From Planctomycetota bacterium (lineage in GTDB: Bacteria > Planctomycetota > UBA11346), in assembly GCA_038231435.1 (NCBI GenBank), contig JBBRLJ010000007.1:1-64000 (forward strand): a DNA stretch of 64,000 nucleotides, written 5' to 3'. The position numbers and the translations under genes were made by a program. The number at the start of each line of letters is the position of its first letter. The stretch's first letter is position 1. Below, piece after piece: positions 46,777 through 54,978 of this stretch. The notes beneath the pieces were generated by a model. It had not been told where the DNA came from. It was given only the letters and a program-made list of their open reading frames with translations, and did no database searches.

Positions 46777-49337
46777 GTGCTGGTCTCCAATTGCCCCGCG
46801 AGCTGTCTGCGCCTCGTCCGCGCAGTGAACGCCAAGGTGCATGCCACTGCCAGCCCAGCGCCGAAGCCGCACCGCCCTGTTCCCGCCGTGGGCGGCGCCG
46901 CCGAGCTCGAGGAGGATGACGAGTTCACGAAGACCAGGAAGCTCCGACTCGTGGTCGCCGAGCCATCGGATACGGTCACGGTGATGATCGCCGACCCGCT
47001 CTGTCCCGTGGCCGGAGTAACCGTGACGCTTCGATTAGCGCCGCTGCCGCCGAAGACGATATTGGCGAGCGGCACCAGCGCGGTGTCGCTCGATGACGCG
47101 GATACCACCAGTGCCGTGGCAGTGGATTCCGCATCGCTGATGGTGAATGCGATGGCCGCGCTGGATCCATCGATCGGAAGGCTCTGATCAGCGATCGCGT
47201 CCATGACCGGCGCATCGTTCACCGCGTTGACGGTCAGGGCGAAGGAGGACGAGGCGGTCGCGCCGCTGCCATCGGTCACCGTGATCGTGATGAGCGTGGA
47301 CCCATTCTGGTTCGCGCCAGGAGTGATGGTGACCGAACGGTTCGTGCCGCTGCCAGAGAAGACGATGCCCCCCGAGGGGGCCAGCGAGGAATTCGCCGAC
47401 GAGGCCGACAGCGACAGCGAGCCGGCAGCGGTCTCCGCATCGCCGATCGTGAACGGGATCGCCGATGTCGGTGTGTCCTCGGCGGTGACCTGGCTGGACA
47501 TTCCGCCGATCGTCGGAGGCGTATTCGCTCCCGGCTGCACGGTCACCACCAGGTCATCGGTTGTCGACAGGGCGCCATCGCTGGCGGTGAGCCTGATCAC
47601 GTACGTTCCACCCACGGAGAAGCTCGCGGCGCTGTCGAGGTAGCTCGCCGACGAGAATGCCACCACGCCCGGCCCCGACACCTTGCTCCATGCGGTGGTC
47701 AGCGTGTCGCTGGGCAGTCCGTCATCGGTGCTGACGCCATGCAGGACCGCGGGCGATCCCGCGGGTACCGTCTGATCCTCGCCCGCGTAGACGGTCGGAG
47801 CCCGGTTGGCAGGAGAAGAGCTGAACGGCACCGCAATCGAGGTCACGCTGAGCGCGGGCAGCGTCAGGTTCATGGACGTGCTGCCGGCAGGAACCGTCCA
47901 CGAGGACAGTGGCTGCCAGTAGGCGGCGCTGGTGGAGCGCTCCCCAGCGCCGGTTCCACCGATCGCCGCACCGGCGAGGCTCACAGCCACGGTGCGCGCG
48001 GAGGCGTCGTTGTTGATCGCCACCAGCACCAGGCGACCCGTCGCGCGATCACGGAAGGCGGTGGTCTGGATGAGGGCATCTCCGCTGGTGCACGCCAGCC
48101 GACGCGAACGCGGCGCGATCCAGCGGGCGTAGTGGCCGATGGCGTAGCCGGTGTAGGTGATGAAGACCTCGTCGGAATTCTGATCGGTCAGCACCGGGGC
48201 TTCCGCCTCGCCGTAGAAGATCAACGACGGGTTGTGCAATTGCGTCGAGGTGCGGCTCCAGCTGCTGTTCATGCCGAACCATGCCGAGGCGTTGGCGTAG
48301 ACGAACTCGTCGTGGATGTGGATGGCGCGCGCGCGCAGGCCGTTGAAGCCGGTCGCCGTCGAGTAGTCCACGGTCTGGCCGTAGTACCCTTGCGAGGCCT
48401 CGGTCATCCACACCTGGATGCCGTAGGGCGCGGCCAGATCGCGCAACTGGTTGCGCACGGTGACTCGGCTCGCGACCGGATTTCCAGTACCGGGGCCGGC
48501 GAGGATGCTGGCGACCTTGGAATAGTCCGAGCCGTACGGATACGGATGGAAGCCGATCGCGCCCATGTAGCTGCGCGCTTCCGGATCGGCGAGCACCTGC
48601 GTGGCGATGTTCAGCGAAGCGCTTTCGGTCTCCTCGTTCGGGTACACGAACTTCACGGTCTTGTAGCCGGCGTCGCGCAGCCGCTTGCCGCAGGTGCGCA
48701 CCAGGTCGGCCGCCCAGGTGGGCGGCATGGTCTGGAGCTCGGTGTTGCCGCTGAATCCTTCGTTGACGAGGTGGGCGAAGCGCGGTTCGGCACCGTAGGC
48801 GGTGGTCCACCAGCTGACCATCGCCAGGCTCTTTTCGGCGCACTCGTCGAGGATCGCCTGCTTGCGCGCCGAGGTGTACGGATTCAGCCAGGGGCTGGCG
48901 CTGGACGAGTTGAGGTTGATGGCGGGATAGATGCCGGACGCGGTCCCGGCGGGAGCCGCGTCGGAGATCTTCGCCTTGAAGTTCGTCGCTGTCCAGGTGT
49001 TGAAGCCCGCCCAATCGAGGGTGAACGGATCGGCGTTGTCGTTGGCGCGCGCGCCGAAGAAGTCGGACCCGGTGGACTGCGGCGCTTCGTAGAGCGGCAG
49101 CGACTGCCCCAGGCGGATCTTCACCTGGTTGAACTGCGCATCGAGCACCCGCGCGCGCTGCGACGGCGTCAGCACGTCCACGGGCGTGCTGCCGCTGAAA
49201 TACTCCATGCCCCAGGTCATGCCGAAACCTTCGATGATCTGCGCGGGCGAAGCCGCGTCGATGCTGATCGGGACATCCGCGGCACCGAGCACGGCGGGCA
49301 GGAGGAGCAGCGGAAGCCAGGTAGCCAGCGTGTTCAT
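46773..49337 (-). CDS. Secreted GH30-like glycosidase with PKD/Ig-like domains and C-terminal Cys-Gly membrane anchor
   Basis: QIIEGFG, VNE, FHPY, WMTE, GHYARWI, PKD-like YAGEDQTV..WSKVSGPG..TYVIRLTASDG, two cadherin-like repeats, tail GRCGFGAGLAVACTLAFTARTRRR. Confidence 0.82.
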   Translation of the reverse strand: MNTLATWLPLLLLPAVLGAADVPISIDAASPAQIIEGFGMTWGMEYFSGSTPVDVLTPSQRARVLDAQFNQVKIRLGQSLPLYEAPQSTGSDFFGARANDNADPFTLDWAGFNTWTATNFKAKISDAAPAGTASGIYPAINLNSSSASPWLNPYTSARKQAILDECAEKSLAMVSWWTTAYGAEPRFAHLVNEGFSGNTELQTMPPTWAADLVRTCGKRLRDAGYKTVKFVYPNEETESASLNIATQVLADPEARSYMGAIGFHPYPYGSDYSKVASILAGPGTGNPVASRVTVRNQLRDLAAPYGIQVWMTEASQGYYGQTVDYSTATGFNGLRARAIHIHDEFVYANASAWFGMNSSWSRTSTQLHNPSLIFYGEAEAPVLTDQNSDEVFITYTGYAIGHYARWIAPRSRRLACTSGDALIQTTAFRDRATGRLVLVAINNDASARTVAVSLAGAAIGGTGAGERSTSAAYWQPLSSWTVPAGSTSMNLTLPALSVTSIAVPFSSSPANRAPTVYAGEDQTVPAGSPAVLHGVSTDDGLPSDTLTTAWSKVSGPGVVAFSSASYLDSAASFSVGGTYVIRLTASDGALSTTDDLVVTVQPGANTPPTIGGMSSQVTAEDTPTSAIPFTIGDAETAAGSLSLSASSANSSLAPSGGIVFSGSGTNRSVTITPGANQNGSTLITITVTDGSGATASSSFALTVNAVNDAPVMDAIADQSLPIDGSSAAIAFTISDAESTATALVVSASSSDTALVPLANIVFGGSGANRSVTVTPATGQSGSAIITVTVSDGSATTSRSFLVFVNSSSSSSSAAPPTAGTGRCGFGAGLAVACTLAFTARTRRRQLAGQLETST

Positions 49338-49443
49338 GGCGCCTCCTCTGGCTCCATGATATGGTGATCGCAGTGCGATTGGCTAGCCTGACAGATGTCG
49401 ATCGGACATGGACGATCCTGATCAGGGGCCGCGAGCAGCGGCC

Positions 49444-50340
49444 CTAGCGCAGGGTCCGGTTGCGGAACTCGCGAGGAGAGCAGCCGACCTCGCGTTTGAA
49501 GACGCGGCTGAAGTAGAGCGGGTCCTGGTATCCCAGCGATCTGCCGATGTCCTTGATGCTGGTGGGCTCGGACAACAGTCGCTCGCGCGCCAACGCCATC
49601 GCCCGGCGCGTCGCGTAGCTGCCCAGGCTGCATCCGACCTGCTGCCGAAACAGCCGCGCCAGGTGCTCGGGCTCGATGCCGAGGATCGAGGCGATCCCGG
49701 ACAGCGTCGCGCGACGCCCCGGGAAATGCTCGATCTGATCCAACGCGCGCGCGACATGGGTGCGCGCGGTCCTGATCGCGGGGGATGGCCGTCCGACGGT
49801 CATGTCGACGGCATCGCCCGCGATCGAGCGCAGCAGCAGCAGGAACCGACCCTCGGCGGCGATCGAGTCGCCTGGGTGGCGACCGCGTTGATCCGCCATC
49901 AACGCCAGGAACTGCTCCGTCAATCCGGCGGGCTTGCGGATCGTCCAGACGCGTGGAAGGCAGATCCGGCGATCGCGGCCCGCGGCGAAGGCATCGGCGC
50001 TCGATGCGCGCTCAGTCCACGAGCCCTCATCCATCCGGGTCACCCGCGCCCCGGGGAGACTGAAATGGCAATGGAAACAGGACAGATCGTCGGGGACGTC
50101 GCCGGTGATCCCGTAGCGCATCGGTGGGCCGGTGTAGAGCATCTGCCCGGCTGACACGACGATCGCGGTATCCTCGAACTCGATGCGCAGGTGTCCCCGG
50201 CTGACGAAATGAAGTTCGTGGTCCTTGCTCGCGCGTGAGTGCAGGCCGACATGTCCGCGCGCGCGCAGATGCAGCACGCGGCTCACCGTCGGCAGCTTGG
50301 CCTCCGGCGGCACTTCGAACATCGTGATCGTGCCTGCCAT
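49444..50340 (-). CDS. AraC-family transcriptional regulator
   Basis: HELHFVSRG, IEPEHLARLFRQQVG, SIKDIGRSLGYQDPLYFSRVFKREVGCSPREFR. Confidence 0.92.
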   Translation of the reverse strand: MAGTITMFEVPPEAKLPTVSRVLHLRARGHVGLHSRASKDHELHFVSRGHLRIEFEDTAIVVSAGQMLYTGPPMRYGITGDVPDDLSCFHCHFSLPGARVTRMDEGSWTERASSADAFAAGRDRRICLPRVWTIRKPAGLTEQFLALMADQRGRHPGDSIAAEGRFLLLLRSIAGDAVDMTVGRPSPAIRTARTHVARALDQIEHFPGRRATLSGIASILGIEPEHLARLFRQQVGCSLGSYATRRAMALARERLLSEPTSIKDIGRSLGYQDPLYFSRVFKREVGCSPREFRNRTLR

Positions 50341-50450
50341 CAGGGGCGACCGTATCCGATGCGATGCTGACGGCCAGCCCCGCTGATCATGCGACAGCCG
50401 TGCGGCTGCGCGTGTGGGGAATCACCGATCTCCGGCATGTGGGAATCCGG

Positions 50451-51050
50451 TCATGCCGAGCCCGGTCGGGACTGGCCCGGAGCTTCTGAGCAGTGGCAGT
50501 CCAGGCACCCATGACGGGCGCAGGTGCGACACACCTGTTCGAGCCGTTCCCGCAGCGCGCCACGCGCTCGGTGACGACGCACCTTGACGTTCCCGATGTC
50601 GATCCCCAGGCGCTTGGCGGTCTGGTCGAGACTGACGCCAGCGAGATCGTCCTGCAGCACGGCGGCGTACTCGGGCTTGAGCTGGGCGATCAGCGGCTTC
50701 ATGCACCGGCAGAGCTCGGCCATGTCTGCTTCCTGGGCGGCGAGATCAGCAGGCATCTCGTGGCTGCGTTTCTGCTCGACATGCCGATGGCGAAGCGCGT
50801 CGGTGATGGTGTTGCGCAGGATGCGGTAGACCCACGCGAGCAACTGCTCATCGTCCCGCACCTCGGGGGCATGCTGGACCGCCTTCAGCATGGCGTCCTG
50901 GACGACGTCGTTCGCCAATGCCGGGTCGCCCACCCGCTTCCGCGCGAATCCGACCAAGGCGTCGAGATGCGGAAGCAGCCGAGCCACCCGATCCCGGGCC
51001 ATGTCCTCATCATCCGCATCGTCCGCATCGTCAGTGGCAGGCTCGTCCAT
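50451..51050 (-). CDS. ECF sigma factor with CxC linker and Cys-rich C-terminus (CorE-like)
   Basis: DVVQDAMLK, WVYRILRN..D..R, LCRC, NVKVRRHRAR, C-terminal CRTCARHGCLDCHC. Confidence 0.88.
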   Translation of the reverse strand: MDEPATDDADDADDEDMARDRVARLLPHLDALVGFARKRVGDPALANDVVQDAMLKAVQHAPEVRDDEQLLAWVYRILRNTITDALRHRHVEQKRSHEMPADLAAQEADMAELCRCMKPLIAQLKPEYAAVLQDDLAGVSLDQTAKRLGIDIGNVKVRRHRARGALRERLEQVCRTCARHGCLDCHCSEAPGQSRPGSA

Positions 51051-51561
51051 GCGTGAGCCTCCAGGCATTATATGGCAACGGAACCAGGAACCCCGCGACC
51101 TCGCCCAGCGCCAGGATGCCCGCATACGCGGTCATGGTCAGGTGCATGCGGTTGCCGCCGGTCAAACCCAGGTCGACCAGGTTCATCGCCGTCTCCATGG
51201 CGACCATGGACACGAAGCTCATCGCGAAGGCCATGCGCATGGCCTTCGCGACCTGATGCCCCCGACGCACGAGCCAGGCGGTTTCCAGCGCGATCGAGGT
51301 CGCCAGGCCAGCGACGATGGCCGTGACCATGACGGACCACATCGGGACATGTGGGAACCATGCCCAACTCGCCATGACCACCCCGACGTCTCCGATCGTA
51401 CAGCCGAGCAGGCAGACGGCGGTGTTCGAGGCTGCACGCCGCCACGGCCAGGGCTTTCGCACGGCGATGGGCGCGGCTCGGGCGGTCGCCGTGGCCGGTC
51501 GGCAGCAGGCTGAAGGAGCATCCGGCCGACCGTGTTCGGGCATCGTACAGTGAGTCGTCAT
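51031..51561 (-). CDS. DUF4396-like membrane protein
   Basis: NTAVCLLGCTIGD, SFVSMVAMETAMNLVD, GFLVPLPYN, ends GRACH. N-terminus is His/Cys-rich. Confidence 0.8.
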   Translation of the reverse strand: MTTHCTMPEHGRPDAPSACCRPATATARAAPIAVRKPWPWRRAASNTAVCLLGCTIGDVGVVMASWAWFPHVPMWSVMVTAIVAGLATSIALETAWLVRRGHQVAKAMRMAFAMSFVSMVAMETAMNLVDLGLTGGNRMHLTMTAYAGILALGEVAGFLVPLPYNAWRLTHGRACH

Positions 51562-51631
51562 GGTTCACCTCGTCCTACCCTTGCTGACGGGAGCGCCCAC
51601 TCCGGGTTACAGCACGAGGTCACGCGCGTCA

Positions 51632-54600
51632 TCAATGCTGCCGACGCGCCTCCAGCTGCGCGATGCGCCAGCGCGCGAAGATCTCCCACGTGGGGTCTGC
51701 GATCGCGCCACGGCGATACAGGGGCTGCTCGAGGAATGCCCGGTATTCGGCGATGGCCTGCTCGGTATCCCCTGACAGTTCCCAGCGCATGCCCAGCGTG
51801 CGATGGGCTTCCGCCTCGGCATAGAGATGGTGCGGCTGAGCGAGGAATTCTTCGACCGATATGGCTTTCTGCAGCAGGCGCGCCTGGAACCACGGCTTCT
51901 GCTCAAAACGATATCGATCCTTCGCCAGGCGAGACAGCGACTCGCGCAGCGGCGCGGGTTCCCCGTCCATGGCGGTGACGAACGGGACCATCAGTCCGCG
52001 GTTGAGCCAGGTGCTCTCGTTCGAACTCGGAATTGCCATCGCCTCCGCGAAGCGGCGTTGCCCGAGGCCGCGATCTCCATGCGCTAAGGCTTCGATGCCC
52101 AGAAGGTAGCCGGCCCAGGCTTTGCGATCATCGGTCATGGACAGGCGGAGGAGTTCATCCCCATGCGTCTGAGCCAGCGCGGCGTACCACATCTGAGCAG
52201 GGTCGTTCACCTCGCTAGCCCGGCCGCCAAGGCACAGGGCCTGCGCGGCCTGTCCGGTATCGGGTGGGGCGATCCGCTGGGCCTCGTCGAATCTTCCCAG
52301 AGCGCACAGCGCGGTGGCGACGACGTACGGGTGGTCCGGGTATTTCTCCAGCGCTTGTTGCGGATCACCGCGATCGACGAGGCCGATCCCGTAGGCCTCG
52401 TCCGCCGGATTGATCTGTTCGGACTGCCCGGTCATCACCAACGCCTGGGATCTCAACCAGCGTTGCTCGGGATAGTCGTGAATCACGATCTCCGGACGTC
52501 CCATCGCGAGCAAGGCCCGGCAGCACACGACGTGCAGATGCGGATATCGCTTCAGCACGTCCTCGTTCCGCCCCAATACCACCAGGGCCGACGCATCGAC
52601 GAAGTCCAGGCTCGGCTCGTCCGGAAACAGCTGATCGCGAAGCGCGCGGTATTTTTCCAGCACATGGGCATCGTCCTTCGACATCAGGTCGGTCATGTAG
52701 TGGGCCCAGCACCCCTCGAGGGCGATCCGCTGCCTGGCGTCGATGCTGGAGAAGAGCGCGGGAAAGCCGTCGAGCAGCTGCTGATGCTCTCCGTGCAGGA
52801 AGCGCAGGTCCATCTCGCGCATGCGCACCATGGGGGACATGTCCGTGTGCAGGAGCGGCGCCCAGATCCTGAAGGCCTGGTCGACATCGTTCTGGCGGTA
52901 CAGGCAGAGCCCGTGCCGATAGAGCGCGTCATCGCCGAGCAGCGTTCCGGGATGCGAGCGATAGACCCGTCCGTAGGCGCGAGCCGCATTCACGAAGTCG
53001 CCGCCGCGTGCGTAACCGTCGCCGAGGGCGGTGGCAGGGATCTTCTTCGGCAGCCCGCGGTCGAAGATCCTGACATGCGAAAAGGCCTTGCCCGGATACC
53101 AGGCGCGCAGCCCGAAGTAGCCGCCGGCGAAGGGGAAGGGCTCATCCGAACTCAGGAGGAGCCTCCCATCGACCATCATGCGGATGACCGATCCCTCGAT
53201 TTCGACCCTGACGTGATAGGTCTTCCCGACCTCAGGATGGGCGTTGCTGTAGATGCACGACTGGGGAGTGGCGAGGACGGAGCACGAGTCGTCGTAGGAG
53301 CCGAATTGGGTGACATAAGCATCGGTGGCGCCGGCCACCCGGCCGGTGGACTTGTCGAGAGCGATGTCGCGTGCCCACATCACCGAGATGTCGCAGGGAT
53401 CGTTGCCTGGCAGCAGCTCCCCGTCGAATTCGATGGCCGAGTCGCCCTCGAGGTGCTCGGTGAAGAAGATCGCCGATTCGAGATCTCCGGTGCTCACCAA
53501 TTTTTCGCCCTGGACGGAGAAGCTCCCGATCTTGGTGGCCCACTGCCTCGCCCAGCGCGGGCTCGCGGGATTTTCGATGTTGATCGCGGTTCCCCACTCG
53601 GCGAATTCCGCGAGACGTTCTCCGTAGACGAGCGCGATGACCGCCACCAGCGAGGCCAGCGCCACCGCCGCCGTCCAGAACATGCGGAAGTTGCGCCGAT
53701 GCCATCTCAGCACGGTGGTGAGGATGGATTCGCGATGCGCCAGGACGCGCAGGCCGTTCTGGAAACGCACGAGATCGAGGACCATCTCTCCGGCGTCCTG
53801 GTAACGCGCTTCCGCGTCCGCCGCGAGCGCTTTCATCACGATGTCGACCAGCGCCATGGGAACACCGGCGAGCTCCTCGGCCGAGAGCGGATCCACGATC
53901 CCCTTCGATTTCTTCTCCATGAAGTCGGCGGCGCTGTCGGACCAGGTGGGGACCCTCAGGAACAGCGCATGGAAGAGCGTGGCGCCGAGCGAATACACGT
54001 CGCTGCGCTTGTCCACCCGCTCGCGGCGCGCCTGCTCCGGACTCATGTAGAGCGGGGTCCCGTAGATGTCAGTGGATCCGGCCTCCTGGAGCCGGATCGC
54101 GCAACCCCAATCGACCAGCAGGACCTCGCCGAACTTGGCGATCATGATGTTCGCCGGCTTGATGTCCTGGTGGACGATGCCCAGCGAGTGCGTGTATGCC
54201 GTCGCTTGCGATACGCTGATCAAGACGTTCACGATCTTGGCGACGGAGTCTATGCAGGGATGCCGCTTCCCGGCTCTCGCCCCAGAGACTGAGGCCGCGC
54301 TCGACCCATCGATGGCCGCGTCGAGCGAGATGCCATCGATGATCTTCGAGATGCAGCACGGATGGCCGCGTTCGTCGAGCTGGATGTCGTAGACAGGGGG
54401 GATGTTGGCGTGCGACAACGAGGCGGTCAGGGCGGCTTCCTGCAGGAACTTCTCGGTTCCCTGCGGATCCGACTGCGGCGACTCGGCGAGTATCTTGACG
54501 GCGACGTTGCGATCGAGGTCCGTGTCCTTGGTGGCGTAGACGGAGCTGGTGGCGCCGACGCCGAGGAGATTCTCGAGGGTGTACCGGCGATCCTCGGCCG

Positions 54601-54793
54601 GGGATCCGCCAGGGCCCGATCCCACGCCGCCGCCTGAACGCAGCTGGAACGTGATCGAGACCGGCCTCAGCCGGGACGAAGGGTTCGCGTTCGCGTCACG
54701 CGCGGTATCGGTGTCCGGCTTGGCGACCTTGGTCGAACCGCCTCGGAGCGCCCGGGTCCGAGCCGCGTCCTCACGGCGATTCGCATCATCCAT
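51632..54793 (-). CDS. Membrane Ser/Thr protein kinase 3 (non-RD; kinase, TM, beta-sandwich, TPR-like)
   Basis: GVGATSSV, VAVK, HANI, HQDIKPAN, DWG, GTPLYMSPE, DVY, then a TM and TPR-like ALYRHGLCL. Confidence 0.88.
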   Translation of the reverse strand: MDDANRREDAARTRALRGGSTKVAKPDTDTARDANANPSSRLRPVSITFQLRSGGGVGSGPGGSPAEDRRYTLENLLGVGATSSVYATKDTDLDRNVAVKILAESPQSDPQGTEKFLQEAALTASLSHANIPPVYDIQLDERGHPCCISKIIDGISLDAAIDGSSAASVSGARAGKRHPCIDSVAKIVNVLISVSQATAYTHSLGIVHQDIKPANIMIAKFGEVLLVDWGCAIRLQEAGSTDIYGTPLYMSPEQARRERVDKRSDVYSLGATLFHALFLRVPTWSDSAADFMEKKSKGIVDPLSAEELAGVPMALVDIVMKALAADAEARYQDAGEMVLDLVRFQNGLRVLAHRESILTTVLRWHRRNFRMFWTAAVALASLVAVIALVYGERLAEFAEWGTAINIENPASPRWARQWATKIGSFSVQGEKLVSTGDLESAIFFTEHLEGDSAIEFDGELLPGNDPCDISVMWARDIALDKSTGRVAGATDAYVTQFGSYDDSCSVLATPQSCIYSNAHPEVGKTYHVRVEIEGSVIRMMVDGRLLLSSDEPFPFAGGYFGLRAWYPGKAFSHVRIFDRGLPKKIPATALGDGYARGGDFVNAARAYGRVYRSHPGTLLGDDALYRHGLCLYRQNDVDQAFRIWAPLLHTDMSPMVRMREMDLRFLHGEHQQLLDGFPALFSSIDARQRIALEGCWAHYMTDLMSKDDAHVLEKYRALRDQLFPDEPSLDFVDASALVVLGRNEDVLKRYPHLHVVCCRALLAMGRPEIVIHDYPEQRWLRSQALVMTGQSEQINPADEAYGIGLVDRGDPQQALEKYPDHPYVVATALCALGRFDEAQRIAPPDTGQAAQALCLGGRASEVNDPAQMWYAALAQTHGDELLRLSMTDDRKAWAGYLLGIEALAHGDRGLGQRRFAEAMAIPSSNESTWLNRGLMVPFVTAMDGEPAPLRESLSRLAKDRYRFEQKPWFQARLLQKAISVEEFLAQPHHLYAEAEAHRTLGMRWELSGDTEQAIAEYRAFLEQPLYRRGAIADPTWEIFARWRIAQLEARRQH

Positions 54794-54978
54794 CGCCCGA
54801 GATTAGACGGGATTCCGCACCTCACCACTGGGGGGATTCTTCCGTGTGGAATCATCGGGCCGGCGTCGACCCTTCCAGGTGTTGCACCCGTTCACGTCCA
54901 GGGCCGGGCTCCAGACGCCAGCCCGTCCGTATCCAGATCAGGACGGACGGGCTGGCCGAGGGATGGTCTCCAGCGTCT

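Noticed and set aside
52163..54292. 709-aa plus-strand ORF, and similar long antisense ORFs (3497-4879, 5846-7234, 22207-24126, 45553-47187, 47739-49367)
   Set aside because: Shadow ORFs opposite well-supported genes, expected in high-GC DNA. They have no recognisable motifs.
21766..54793. Kinases as an anti-phage defence system or as pseudokinases
   Set aside because: No defence-type partners are nearby. The catalytic Lys, Asp, Asn and Mg-binding Asp are all retained, so they look active.
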